Positions 35,201-48,800 are shown, numbered from the stretch's first letter. The stretch is DNA of 64,000 nt from Camelus ferus (GCF_009834535.1 NC_045696.1:70620001-70684000), one strand, 5' to 3'. Notes: generated from the sequence alone by a model not told the origin. Numbers and translations are program-made.

Positions 35201-36259
35201 AGGAGGCAGAGGCATGTGATCAGCTGCCCTCCGGCCACTCCTTGGGTCTAGGAGACAGTCAGTCCCAGGACGGCAGTGACCAGACAGACCCAGGGACATG
35301 CCATCTCCAGGGTGGTGATTCAATCTGCACTTGGATGGGGCCACTAGTTCACACGGGGCACCCCAACCCTACTGCTTAGCAACTTCATTCCGCATCTGAA
35401 CAATCAGAATCGTACATCGACTAAGAAGAATTATTTACTATCAGGGAAGCAACATGGAGGAATCTAGAAATCTTAATGAATTCTCTGCACTGGAAGAAAG
35501 GATTAAAATCTAAGCAAGGTAGAGGACTGCAATAGGAAAAACCCTCAAGTATGGCAAGAGAAACTGTAATTAAAATAGCAAAATGCAATTTCAGGGAGGT
35601 GGTGGGGCGGGGATAGATGAGTGCAAAGACCAAGGGACATGCAGTGAAGCATCTGACAGAAATGATTCCCAGGGATGTTCTGGGGAGAAAAATCCATCTG
35701 GAAACAGAGAAAAGGAAATGAAACAAGAATTTGCTGCATTATTTAAAGCTTTCTGTGGTGAGGGTGGGGGGTGGGAGACATTCAGGAGAGAGGAGGTTAA
35801 GAGAACAGAATGGAATCGCTCTACCAAAGGGGATTAAAAAAAAAGTCATAAGGGCTTTTTAAAATGATTCAAGCAAAAAAAAAAAAGGGGGGGGGAGGGG
35901 GATGCAAATAATTGTAGGCTGTCAAATTAATGGTGGCCAAGATTCTTAGTTCATTCTTTAAATCTGCTTAACAGGAAGAATGAAGGAGAGACATTTGTAT
36001 GCTTGGGGAGTGATGGAGTCCTTGAAATGCAGTCCTATAGAGCACTGACAAAACCAAATGCATGGCAGAGAATGTGTGTCCTGGGATAGCACAGAGCTGG
36101 CAGGGAAATCAGACTGCATGGCAGGAGCAATCTGCTTATGTAAAAATACCTGGCACTCCCTCCCTCGAATGTCTGGCTTCCCAAATATTTGACTCCTTCA
36201 TGGAAGTCTCCACATCATGTCCAGAAACTAGCAAAGTCTAAAGATGCTCTTGTAACAAA

Positions 36260-36460
36260 TCACAGTTGAGTTAGGAGGCCTCGATTTGAATCTTATTGCT
36301 GTCACTTACCAGCTCTGTGACCTTGAGCCAGTTACTTAACCTCTCTGAGTTTCATCACTTTATAGGACTGTGGTCAGGATTAAATGGGATTAAATACGAG
36401 CAAGTGCCTATCACAGTGTTGGGTCCATGGTAGGCTGTCAGTGAAGGTTCACTGAATCTA
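36260..36460 (+). mobile_element. MIR SINE
   Basis: tcacttaccagctctgtgaccttgagccagttacttaacctctctgagtttc..ggtcaggattaaatgggat. Confidence 0.8.
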
Positions 36461-37699
36461 AATTCTCCATCTCTTGTCAATGTCTTCAGTCCAAAGGACC
36501 TTCTTAATTGAGTCCTGTCCTTGGAACACTCTGCTTCCTGCGATCTTCATTTTATAGCTCATTAGAAAACACAAAGGCCTAGAATCCTGGGGGAGGTACA
36601 AGTCACTCTGAGCCCCAGTGGAGTCTGAACATCCTCTTTCACCTAAATGTCGACATGCACGGTAGCCCAGCCCGTCAGTCCTGCATACATCCTCTCACAC
36701 TCAAGCCCACCTCCGTGCTTTACTTCACTGAGGCTCTCTTCAACCCTGCTCTTTCCCCTCGGCCCTTTCTAGCCCCTTCCCAAAGACAGCTTCCCAACCA
36801 TATGAGATGTCTGTATATCCTGGGAGCCCAGACTCACTGTGAGGGAGCCCAGCATGTGAGATTGAGACACTGGTCCTGCCCTGCAAGAAAAGCTGTGGGG
36901 AGAAGGGGGGAGAAGAGTTAGGAAACACACTGGATTTCTAAGCAGAGATGATGGGACCTGGACCCTGGGGCAGCAGTGGGGTTGTTGAGACAGTCTGGGG
37001 AGGGAGTAGGCAGGACCTCTTGATGAACTGGCTCTGGGTCACAAGGATGAGAGGGGAGCCTAAATGGACCCGCATCCCCCTTTGGCCAGGAACATAAGGT
37101 GTCTCTCTCCAGGGCTGACAGCAGTGGGTGATTTCTCAGATATGGCCTAGGCTGAGCCCTGCTGCTGTTAGCTGCTTGATTCTGGTGTTTTTAAACAAAT
37201 GCACCAGAGTTTTTATTCATTTCATTTAACAGGGACCTGGGACCTTCAGCCTGTGCTTGGCCATGATGGGGGGTGTGGAAGATGAGGTTCCTCACAGAGT
37301 TGTGCCCCCGACCTGGAGTGGCTCTAAGGACCCCATCTAGAGGGCCTTCAGGGCACCATGTGCTCCCAAGCTCAGAGCTAACTATGCCCTGGGGCAGCAA
37401 AGAGGAAATTAAACATCCCTCGTGTCCATCATTTCCCTGCGTGTGATGAGAATGTCACGTAGTCACTGGGCCTGGGACTCTCCAGTATGCATTTGCCCTG
37501 TGAGGCCCACCAGTGCAGCTCTAGAAAAGGAGGAGTCTGCTCCCTGGGGGATAGGAAAGAGTTGTTCTAACCCCTACCTTATCAACCCTTCAGAGGTGGT
37601 CAGTCCCACCGGCAACCCTTCCCTGTACACCCTCCTCCCAGGGGCTTCTGGTCCAGCGGGAGTAGTTTGGAAACTGTACTAATCAAATAAGAGTCAATT

Positions 37700-37880
37700 A
37701 TAAGACTCTGACTTAGAGCAAATCACTAAGTGTCTCTGAGCCTCAGTGTCTTCATCTATAAAATGGGGGCAATTATAGATACCTCATAAGACTATCAGTT
37801 GGATAAACTAGAAAATGCAAATGCAATATTTTAGGAAACTGTAAACTCCTAGACAAATGAATGTTAAGCATTAGTTGCTT
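37700..37880 (+). mobile_element. MIR SINE
   Basis: ctctgagcctcagtgtcttcatctataaaatggggg..atacctcataag. Confidence 0.75.
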
Positions 37881-38168
37881 ATGCATAGCCTGGGAAGCAT
37901 CACCCCATACCCCTTGAGGAGTCTTAGGCTCCTGGCCTAGAAGCTGGAATGACACCTCTTCCCCTTCCTTCTTTTTTAGCTTCCTTTTTACCCTAAGCTT
38001 ACCTCTATAATAGCACTAATCAACTTGTATTATAATTTTTGCTTTGCATGTCAATCTCCTACAGTCTATTCACCTCTCAGGTCCCTGGCCCACAGCAAGG
38101 GGCTCAGCACAAATTTGCTGAATGAATAGATGGAGGCCCTGGGGAGCTGGGGCTGAAGATGCCAGACA

Positions 38169-38187
38169 TGGCCACCAGGGGGCAATC
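38169..38187 (+). promoter_or_regulatory. Candidate CTCF site
   Basis: TGGCCACCAGGGGGCAATC, near-consensus core. Confidence 0.6.
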
Positions 38188-38554
38188 AAACCCTTCGCAA
38201 GCAGGTCAACTTGAGTCATTGAGAGGCCCCTTCTCAGAGGAAGAGAGCTCTGTAAGAATTGCTCTCTGGTGGGTGAAGGCCAGGGCCTTGCGCCTGGGCT
38301 GCAAATTCTCTCTTTGTGTCTGACACTAGCTCTGTGCAGAGACAGGACTGTATCTATCATGGTGTTCAGAGTCCCTGTGTCTGCTTGGAGCGGTGCTGGG
38401 AGTGGGGGTGAGGGCAGGGGAAGTACTGCTGAGCTCTGCTGACAGGTCCAAGGGTGTAGGTGTGTGTGCATACGTGCACCTGAGTCCATGAAGGGCGTGT
38501 TTATGAGAGCTCTTGGCCCCGCGGTGGAGATCTGGCCACCTACCCTCACAAGCA

Positions 38555-38730
38555 GCGTGGCAGAAAAGGGCCAGACAGTACGAGGCCTGGGATGGAGGTC
38601 TGGTCTACCCACTGACCTGCTGTGTGACCTGAGCAAGCAGCTTCCCCTCCCTGGGCCTCAGTTTCCTCACCTGTGAAATGGCAGCACCGGGTTTGGTGGC
38701 CAAGGGCCTTTCTAGCTCTGACCTTCATTC
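38555..38730 (+). mobile_element. MIR SINE (MIR3-like)
   Basis: gctgtgtgacctgagcaagcagcttcccctccctgggcctcagtttcctcacctgtgaaatgg..agggcctttctagctctgac. Confidence 0.7.
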
Positions 38731-41700
38731 TCTGTGTCTTTGAGGTGAGGACTGATTCAAGGTCAAGGGCTTAGGGTCACCTTGGGGAATCCCAGGCTGG
38801 GTTAGAACCTGACTCATCTGCTAGCTCCTGCTTCCTATCAGGACAAAACCCAGACTCACTTCAGTGGTCACGTGCTGAATGCCGCCCTGGGCTCAAACAC
38901 CTGTGAGGACAATCGCTTGCCTTTCTGTCTGTGGAGGTTTCCCAAGTAGGGCAGTGTCAGCAGATCTCTCCTTGCCCTGTGCTTCCCCGGCCCCCACCTC
39001 TGATCCTCAGACCACGGGCCTCTTCGGGCATTGATACTGTTATCAGCTGAGAAGGTGAGCAGCGGTGACAGACCCGCTGGTCCGGGGCCCTGGCAGCAAG
39101 CACAGCCTAGAGCCTCAGTCTCTCAGGGCCTCCTGGGGCCTCTTCTCTCTGGGACCCCACCCTAGCCCCCTCCTTTCACCTCCAGGCAGGACGAGCCAGA
39201 CAGATGAGAATCTACCCAAGCACAAGCTGCTGTTGAAATAAAGGCAGAGATGTTTCTTTATAATTTTCCCCTTGAAATAAACCCAGACCTAAGAACAACA
39301 GAAACACGTAAAATGTGTTTTTAGTGGAACCCAGATGGAGGGCTGGAAGCCCAGCGGGCTGTCTCCGTAGAGGGTTCTGGTCCCTGGAATTCTATCCTCT
39401 CCTTCCCAGCCCCCTCAGGAACACCCCCAGCCCCCAGCCCTTGGCCTTGGGCTCCCTGGCCCCAGCTCCCTCAGGCCATCTCCTTGGGGCTGTTTTCAGA
39501 TGGGCAGAGTGCTTCCCCGCCATCACCCTCCAGACATAAAGCTGAGTCTGGCATCTAGAAAGGTCTGTGGTTTCAGAGGCTTGGGGGAGGGGAGTGGAGA
39601 CCAGAACCAACTCAATCCAAACACCTGGATCTGCCGAAATACAACAAAGAGAGGGAATTAAGACATCTGAAAAAAATACTCTGAGGAATTCCGCTCACCC
39701 ACATGGCCCACTGCTTCTCATTAAATAGCTACATTCTCCATATTAACATATGCAAATCCAGCCCTGGGCTTGAAGACTTAGGATACAAAGGCAAGTCCTG
39801 GCAACCTTCTTCCACCCCCAAATGGGTCAAAGGAGTTCCCCGTGGGACAAAGAAATCTCACCAGTTTTATTTTGATTTGACTAGAGCATCAGTCTTGAGA
39901 GTTATAGCCACGGTGTGGTTTTTCCTTGAGGGGAAACAGATGAGAGGTGTTTCAGGGGAAAACAAGGGAAACCGATCTTGTAGAAGCTGCCTCTTCTATG
40001 AAGTGGTACTGATCATTTTTCAACAAATATTCCTGGATGCCCAACACGTCCCGTGGGCTGTACTGGGTGCCAGGGACACAGATGTAACCCAGACATGGGG
40101 ACTAGCCTCAGACTGCTCTGGTCTAGTGGGAAAGGAGGAAAAGAAAGTCAGACATGATAAACTGCTGATGGGAGGTGCTTCCTCTGGGACCTCCAGGTAA
40201 AGCCTTTGGACACAGCGGGCCTGACACTCAAAACTGAAGTTTGGACAAGAAATATAGGCTTTGGAGTTCCTGGCATAGATGTGATAGACAAGTTTTCTGG
40301 AGGGAGGAGCAGAGGACTGAGAGCCATTTTGTAGGAAGGGGGCGATGTGGGCTTCCCTAACCATAGTTTTCTAATTCACTTCCTCTTGAGGTCACTCCTG
40401 ATTACACTCTTCCTCTGGCGACCTCCTCTCTCTTATTTCCCCCTCTTTCCCCCTTTTCCTGCTTGCTTCTCCTGTAGGGTGATTAGAATTGAACAGCAGC
40501 AGTGAGGGGTGCCTGAGGATGGAGACAGTGACCCTCTGGTGCCCCAGCTCCTTGCTCCCTGCCCCGCACACAGAGAGCCCTCCGTAGGGAGGCCTTCAGT
40601 GTTTGTTGCCTGAATAAAGGAAGGAAGGAGAAGCCGGGCTAGAGTTCCACTTTTTGGCTGGCTTCAGGCCTGGGCAGGGCCTCCTTCCTGCTTTGGAAGA
40701 GAGGGGAGCACCGAAGAATGAAAGACAGGGGCCCTGCCGTGGCCCAGGGGTGGCGGGAAGGTGGGAGTCTAGTCTGAGCTTCACCTCTCATTTTCAGCCG
40801 TGACACTTGGACCGAGTGAAACCATGCGCTCTCCCCAGGGACCCTCACACATGAGCCCTGCTCCATATGCATCGAGGAGAGGGCCAAGAGTGGAAGGAAG
40901 TGCCCAGACAGAGGGAGACAGAGTATTAAAATTCCACCGACAATTCCACAGGAAGGAGTTTACAGTTCCTAACTGACCGTAAACCCTTTCTCCTGACAGG
41001 TCTTGGAATACATCACTCTGGGCTCTCCCGGAGCAGCTGACACATCGCAGTAACGCTTCTCCAGAAGTCAGGGTCTGCTGAGTCCAGCGGGGATGGGAAG
41101 GCAAGCTGGGAGCAGCTGAAATGGCCCCTGTCTCCTCTGACTTCAGAGACCCAGGGCCAGCAGCCGGCTCGATGGAGGCCCATCGAAGGGCTTGTCGAGT
41201 ACCTCGCAACCGCCCGAGCCCAGAAGGTGGTTTGTTAACTGTCTGCCTCTGGGTGGAATTCTATTCACCGGGTGGGGAAACTTGTTTTCTCTCCACTGAA
41301 AGTTGAGTGGCGTGTCGCATGTGTGTTTTATTAATAAAAATGAGAAAATGGAGTCATAATTACTGCATAATTGCAATTCATTTGCTAGGCCTAATCTTTC
41401 AAAGCCCAGGTGCTGGGGGTGGGGCGGGGGAGAAAATAAAAGGGGACCTTGATCTGAACCGCTTGGGAACCACCTGTGTAGGAGGCACCTCGGGAGAGAC
41501 TGTGAGATGGCGCGGTGCCTTTTGAGCCTCAGAGCAAACGTGGGCAGCAAAACACACACCTCTCTGCGCCACCAGACTGCACTGCAGCCCTGGCGCCGGC
41601 TCCAGGAGTTAGGCGGCCTTAAAACAAGGCCCTACCCTCCTGGAGCTCTGTTTCTTTCCTTCTCCAGGAAATCAGAGCTCATGCTCCTGCCCTGCTTGAC

Positions 41701-42513
41701 TTACATGGTTGTCCTGAGAATCAAATGATATCCATCATAGATTCTCTCCTTCATTCATTCACTCAACAATCATCTGCCCAGTTATGTTTTGGGCCAGACA
41801 TTGTGCTGGGTGATGAGATGCAAAAAGGAATAAAATGCAAGCCCTTCCTTCAAGGAGCCCACAGTCTAGTAGGGGATGCACAGAGAAAAAGGTGAAAGGA
41901 CTGTTGCAATGTGGTCTGGGGGACCCTTTAGAAAGCCAGAGGAAGTGCTCCCTACTCACCTTTTATAAAGAGGGCTTCAGAATAGTGATGCTGACTTGTA
42001 AAAGGTGAGCAGGAAAATTGGAAATATATCACAGCCTTTCCAAAATGTGGACATGCTCATGGTGTGTGTGATCTTGAAGGCAGACTTTGATGCTCCAGTC
42101 TGAATATCATGACTGCTGTGCATTTTATGACCACGACTGCCCAGGGAGGCTGTAAAAAAGGAGGGAAAGGGAGTCAAGGGGACTTTTGCCAGGCTGCTTT
42201 GCCTCTTGTGGAGGACAGCACCCCAAGTGTCTTCTTGAGTCATTTACACTACCCCCAGGCTACTGTGGAAAAAGCCTGCACCTCGGACCAGAACTTCCAC
42301 TTGAGTAGGCAGCCCCAGGTGTGATCTCTTAGGCTTGTCAGAGAAGAGATTAAGATGGGAGACCCATCAGTTTTAAGATAGCAGCCCTAATATGGACACA
42401 GGGAGTCGGGCCAAGTGCATATAAATTGCTTCTGCCCTTAAGACAAGAACACCTTTAAGCTAAGAACGGAGCTAAGGTAGAACAAGACAATCATACTTAG
42501 GAAAAACAGCCAT

Positions 42514-43237
42514 CTTTATTTTTATTTATTTATTTTTATTTTTATTGAGATTTAATGGACATCTAACATTATATTAGTTTTAGATGTATTACAATGATTC
42601 AATATTTGTATATATTGTGAAATGATCACCACAATAAGCCTGGTTAACATCCATCACCTCACAGAAACAGTTTTTTTCTTGTGAGAACTTTTAAGATCCA
42701 CTCTCCTAGTAACTTTCAAATACACGATACAGTATTATTAACTATAGTCACCACACTGTACATTACATCCCCATGACCTACTTATTTTATAACTAAGTTT
42801 GTACCTTTTGATCACCTTCACCCTGTTCAGTTCAGTTTTTTGCTTGTTTTTAGATTCTACATATATGTGAGGTCATATGATATATATCTTTCTCTGTCTG
42901 ACTTATTTCACTTAGCATAATGCCCTCAAGATCCATGTTGTCACAAATGGTAAGATTTTCTTCTTTTTGGTGGCTGAATAATATTCCACCATATATATGT
43001 GTGTATATATATATACACACATACTTACATACACACCACATTTTCTTTATCCATTAATGAACACTTAGGTGGTTTCCATGTCTTGGCTATTATAAATAAT
43101 GCCACTGTGAACGTGGGAGTACATATATCTTTTTGAGTTAGTGTTTCATTTCCTTTGAATAAATACCCAGAAGGGGAATTGCTGGATCATATGGTAGTTC
43201 TATTTTTAATTTTTTGAGAAACCTTCATACCATTTTC
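42514..43237 (-). mobile_element. L1 3' end (L1MA-like, older)
   Basis: T-rich reversed tail, then gtgaaatgatcaccacaataag..gagaacttttaagatc..gacttatttcacttagcataatgccctcaagatccat..gctggatcatatggtagttctatttttaattttttgagaaacct. The minus ORF gives MDLEGIMLSEISQTEKDIYHM (ORF2 end). Confidence 0.88.
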
Positions 43238-45390
43238 AAAGTAAGGTTATTTTTTAAGATGCCAGCCTGTCTCAGCTCTAGAGAACTTGAAAAGATTCAT
43301 CTTATGCTCTCGGGAACCAGAACAGTGGTGACAACGAAAATCAGAGGGAGAAGCCCTCTATCCCGACAGATCCCAGTTCACGCCACACTGTCAGCCACCA
43401 CTCCCAGCTGGAGCTTCTCCTTCCAGTATTTTTGTGAGTCAAACTTTGGAGGGTTTCTGTGTTTCTGTGTGTTTCTTTTCAAAGAGAAGACATTTACTTG
43501 TAAGAAAATAGGACCAAGACTAAACACGGAGCGCCTCCCTCCTCCAGCAATAGGGAGGGGTCCCAGGAAAACAGGCTGGGACTCATGGTTGGGACTTCCA
43601 TAACTTGTCACTCTGTGGATGCTGGATCCTATTTGTTGTCTGCCTGCCAGCGCTGCCAGGGGTTCCCACACCCGCAGGTTGTGCTGCCAGGGGTCTGCTG
43701 GAGAGGTGGGTGGACAGGCGGGAGACAGACAAGATGGGGTCTGTTTCCCAGCTGAACTGGGGAGAAATGTTTACCCCTCACCTCTGGGCCTCTAATGAAT
43801 TCCGATTCAAGCCACACAGGTCTAGGAATCGATAGTTTTAATCATTTCAAAAACTAGCCCCACTCTGGGTAAAATTACAATGCACAAGAAGCTCAATGGA
43901 GCTTAAAGGCCACAACCTCATTATCATTTCATTAGACTCACATTTCAGCAAGATGGAAAGAAATGTTCTCACATGCCACCCCCTCCCACGGCTCCCCTCG
44001 GCTCCCCTCGCCTCCCCGGCCCTGCGGAGTAACTCTGGAGGACAGCGATGGTTTACAACAGCTGTCAGCCAGAGAGCCACTGGCCCACTCCCATCATGCA
44101 CTCTGCCCGCGGAGGAAGCCCGGGCTGTCGCTGGAGACCCCAGCGCAAATCAGCGCAAATGCCTCCCAAGTCAAGTTTGCGATCCGGGGAAGTTTAGTAA
44201 AAACAACCCTGCTGTCAGTTTGGCTTCTCACAGCTGGAGGGGTCAAGTCATCAACACAATATAAACCCAGGCCAGCAGAACCTTGTCCTGCCCAGGGCCC
44301 CATACGCCCTCTGGGAAGCAAAGGGTTTGAAAATGTCTTAAACTTTTCCAGTTTGTTTATTTTCCAATGTTTAATGATATTGTCCATGCAAGGAGCAGAA
44401 CCTCAGCTCCTGCTAACAATTAAAGAGGTTTTCTAATTTAGGAGAAAATGTGATTTAAAAAGAGAGAGAAAAAGAATTTGCACAGGAAGTAAAGCAAATA
44501 ATTCACAGTGAGAATGTACACACAGAAAGGCCTTGAGTTGAGAAGACCCTGACTGAATGATGAGGACAGGAGTGAAAGCCATTCAGGGGACTGATCCCAC
44601 CAGGGGATCATTTCAGAGAAGGCTGCAAACGTCTGCTTCTCTGGTTCACTTCTGTGGGACTTTATCACACCACCACCACCACCAGTTTCAGGTCTGTGGC
44701 TTATATTTGTGATCCAAGTGTCCCCGGAAATGAAATGACCAGAGTTTACTTGCTCCTGCCTGCCGGAGGCTCACTCTGTGATCTGGGGGACCCCTTGGGG
44801 GTGCCCCACATGTGCTCATGAACAGGACTGTCATTGGGAGTGGCTGCCACATCTCACCAAAGCTTCATTGTCCCCACGCTGTTTGCTCTCTGATGCTGCA
44901 CAGACCATGGTCACCCCAGGGTGGGCCTTGCTGCTGGCATGCCCTGTAAGAATGCTGTCACCTGTGCCCAGGCATTGTCCTGAAGTGCCTTCAAAAGGGC
45001 CACACTGTCCACCTGATGTGCTCAGTGCACTGGAGCCTCATAGTGTCCTGTGCCCCCGCCCCCACGCCATCACACTCTCTCACCTGGAGCCCACACAGGA
45101 CTGACCTCCCTGAGTCTCATAGGACCCTTTATTTAAACAGCCCTTTCAGCTTCTTTTGAGGCCTCTCTACCCACCGGGACTCAGCTGCTGGGTTAGGGGG
45201 GCATGGGGTGGTGATATGCACTGCCCTCCACTTCCCTTTACTTCCTCTACTGCTGACAGATGCCTGTGCCCCACAGCTCCCCAAATCTAGCATCTGCTGC
45301 TCTGGTTCACCTGAGAACCAGACACATCTGAAACCCACGGCTAGAAGTGGTTTTGACTGATGTTGGGATCCCTACTCCATGTCCTCAGAC

Positions 45391-45554
45391 CAGTGGTTCT
45401 CAACCTTGACTGAATATTAGAATCACCTGGGGAGCTTTTTCAACTCCTATTCCCAAGGCCACACCCCAAACAAAGAAATCAAAATTTCTGGGCATCAGTA
45501 ATTTTTAAGTCTCCCTAGGCCATTCCAAGGTACAGTCAAGACTGAGAACCACTG
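45391..45554. mobile_element. MER5A-type hAT-Charlie MITE
   Basis: TIRs CAGTGGTTCTCA...TGAGAACCACTG; internal ttagaatcacctggggagcttttt. Confidence 0.88.
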
Positions 45555-46999
45555 CCTTGGAGGAAGAAAGGAAGGGAGGAAGGAACGGAGGGATGGTGGG
45601 AGGGTGGGAGAACAAGACCAAAATTGGGAGCCATTTCCCTGTGAGGGAAGGGAGCTGAAGCAAGCAGACCTAGTGCCACACCCCGGGACACACACTGGGA
45701 AAACCCAGTGATTCCTTTGCCAAACCTGCCAGTGACTCGTGCTGCTGTTGTCAGTATCTCTTTCAGCTGAGTCAACGTATTGGGAGAGTCAAAGACAAGG
45801 GCAGCCCAGACCTGGCGGCATCCGAGGTGTCTGCAGGGAGGAGGCCTTAGCCATGGCCATGGCCCTGGTGGAGACAGACAGTCTCCTGCAATTGATGGGA
45901 CATTGGGAGAGCTCTGATCTAGCCCTGTGTAAATTTCCAAACTTCCCAGGACAGCTGTCCATCTGCTCCAAGAACAGGTGTGGCCAGGGTCTGGCCCACC
46001 TTAGCTAGATACATGAAGAGTTCATCCACTCCTTCATTTGTTCACTTGTCCTTTCTCTCACTCATATCCACACACGTCAGAGCTGTGTGCAGGGGACCTC
46101 AGATATCATTTGCAGCCGGGTGGTTCCCAGGCTTTGTTTTTAGCTGAGGAATGCTGGGTTAAGTGAAACCGTATGGAAGCATAAACAAATACCAGGGGAG
46201 TTGCTCTGGGTAAAGTAAGATAGGGGGTCCTGGACCCAGCCCGCTCACCTCCTTTCTCCTAAGAGAGATCATTCCCCAGATTCTCCTGTTTCAAGGAGAA
46301 ACAGGATTTGGAAAGCTCTCATTTTATAAATAAGGACACTGAGGCACAGGGCAGGGTGGTGTCTTGCCCAGGGTCATATGGATTTCATGTAACAAATTTT
46401 ACTGTGCCAGATACAGGAGAATACAGACCTGAGTAAGTCACGGTCCTTGCAAAAGGAGACGCTTACAGCAGAGATCACTACCTCCACCTCAGATGCTGAA
46501 CCAAATGCTCAGTTTAATCAGATGACCTGCCCCTCTCAGCTTTGTTTTCTGAAGAAAGCCCTTCCCGGGTTCTTTCTCAGCACATAGCACTTGGGAAGAG
46601 CTGCAGTCTTGTCCTCCAGAGCCCAACAGGTCTAATTCATATTCAGCTGGGATGAATGCTGCCAGCACCCACTCTGACTGTCCTGGATATTTTCCTAGTT
46701 GTGAAATATTTTGGATCTCACTCTTGGATTCCACCATCAGTTTCCAAAGTGTAAGAATCAGAAAACATCATTCACTAACCAGCAATACCTGCCTTCTCAC
46801 TACTATTGACACTGAGATCTTCCGAAAAGGGAGACTATTCTCTGGGGGGTGATTTCCTTGAGGGACTTTCTGGGCATGGTCTTCCTGAAGATGCCTCTTG
46901 GGCACAGGGCAACCAGGCTGACTTCTGAGATGGACTGAAAGCCACACAGTGCCTTAGGACAAAGCACAGGCCTGAGTTCAACGCCTAATCCTCCCACTT

Positions 47000-47359
47000 G
47001 CCCGCAGTGCTGCATGCATACTGGGCAGGCATCTCTCAAGTCCAGAGTTGAACGTGCAGTGGGTGCTGCCCCTCCCCAGGAACTGTCCTCTGCTGAAGAA
47101 AGCTGTCTTGCCTAAGTTATGCCCTTCCTGGGGGTACAACGACCCAGCCCCATTGCCTGGATAAGGGAACACCTTTGAAGAGTCACCTGAGCTTCAGTGT
47201 GCCCTACGGGAGCAGCTGAGGCCTTGTGGCAATCTAATGCTGTTCAGCTTCTCCCTCCACCCAGTTCCTTATAGGGCTCATTCTGTGAACAGTCCCCAAT
47301 TAACCTTCTGCACACAGTCTTCCTCTCAGAGTCTTTCCTGAAGACCCCGACCCTTAACA
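47000..47359 (+). mobile_element. ERVL LTR (LTR16-like)
   Basis: ccccaggaactgtcctctgctgaagaaagctg..gctgaggccttgtggc..ccccaattaaccttctgcacac..ctcagagtct..ccgacccttaaca. Confidence 0.65.
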
Positions 47360-47819
47360 GCACACATCCACAAAACCAGGGCAATAACCCCTACCTCTAA
47401 GAGCTACTGTGAGCCTTAACGTGAGCTCATTGTTCATGTGACATTTCCTAACTCTGCCTGGAATATGGTAAATGATCAGTACACACTGTCCACTTCCTTC
47501 CTCTATTTGTTCTTCCTCCAAGTGTTTATGGGTTTTATATTGAATGTTGTCTCTCCTCTGAGGGAGTCGCCTGGCTCTCTGTTCATTGGCAGAGCAGAAG
47601 TGATTGACATGTTCCAAACCTAGTAAAGGTTCAATCCCTCATTTGAGTTCAGGTGCTTTACATGGCTATGCTCACGTCTCAAACCAACACACACACACAC
47701 ACACAAGTGGTATTGCAGAATTCTGTAATCTTTGAAGTTTTACAAACATCTGAAGCTTTACACCATCGCCACAACACACAGTCAGAGAATTGTTTGTGTG
47801 GAGACCCACATGCCAAGTG

Positions 47820-48250
47820 AGAAATCCCAGGAGGGAGGGATCATTTCCTGGTTGTGTAATCAAGGAGGTCGTCATGAAGGAGCTCATACTTGTTACAGGT
47901 TTTGAAGGATGGATAGAAATCCATCAGGCAGAGAGGATGAAAGTGGCTTTCCAGACCAAGGGAATAATGTCACCGTCAACCGGGGAGTCGGGAAAACACA
48001 AAGCATGTCTAGACAAGTCCTCCAGTCTTGGCTGAAGACAGGGTTTTGTAGAGGAGGACGAGGCAGGAGGAGCCAAGCCTGGGAAGACAGTTTGGGATCT
48101 GACTGGGTGGGGCCTTGAAGGCCAAGCCAAGGTTGGAAGGAATGGGACTCCACTGATAGTTTCTGAGAGTGGGGGAGAGCTGGAGGAAGATCTGTCATGG
48201 AGAGGATTGGATGGTCAGGAAACCAGTGCAGAGGCTGTGGCCACAGACAG
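47820..48250 (-). mobile_element. L2 LINE fragment
   Basis: ggttttgaaggatggatagaaatccatcaggcagag..ggccttgaaggccaagccaagg..aggaaaccagtgcagaggctgt. Confidence 0.6.
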
Positions 48251-48619
48251 GGCTAGCGAGGACCCCACACCTGGCTGGGGTACCTCTGGGTCAGGAGGGC
48301 AGGAGTCCTGAGGCAAGAATACTGGCCTCTTTTTCAGATCACCACAACCATCAAAGCCTTCAGGGGCAAACTGCAAATACCCCAGCTCCTCATCTGAGAA
48401 TAGACAACAAGTGAGCTCACTCCCCAACAATTGTTTGGGGAAGTGAAGAGGAAACTAACCTCAATGTAAGGGAGCCTGACTCACTGTTTCTCAGTGACCT
48501 TGTGCAGGGAAATTCTCTGAGCCTGCTGCCAGTCGCCTCCTCTGTCCACACCTTGCCTCGTACGAATGTAGGCAACAAAAGGGAGTCCCATGCACAAACA
48601 CCGAGAGAAACTTCAAGAA

Positions 48620-48800
48620 ACTGGGCAGACCCAGCCCTACTTCCTCACTCCCTTGCTGTTAGGCCTTGGGCACATCACTTAACACCTTTCTAGGCCTCAG
48701 TTTCCTTATCCATAAAATGGTTATAATAACTATCACCACACATTTGTGGGATTTTATGAGGTCAAATAGCCTAATAAACCTGAAAGTGCTCACAGCTCTT
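48620..48800 (+). mobile_element. MIR SINE
   Basis: ggccttgggcacatcacttaacacctttctaggcctcagtttccttatccataaaatgg. Confidence 0.75.

Noticed and set aside
1443..37822. Isolated octamer matches (1443, 6136, within L1s at 11638 and 27686, within MIR at ~37814)
   Set aside because: Single 8-mers are expected by chance in AT-rich DNA or are part of repeat consensus; only clustered instances were kept.
38070..38636. 188-aa, 178-aa (49543-50079), 165-aa (39703-40200), 161-aa (15343-15828, 57653-58138) and similar ORFs
   Set aside because: No recognisable homology or exon structure. Several overlap MIR/L2/LTR relics, and many begin at non-ATG codons.
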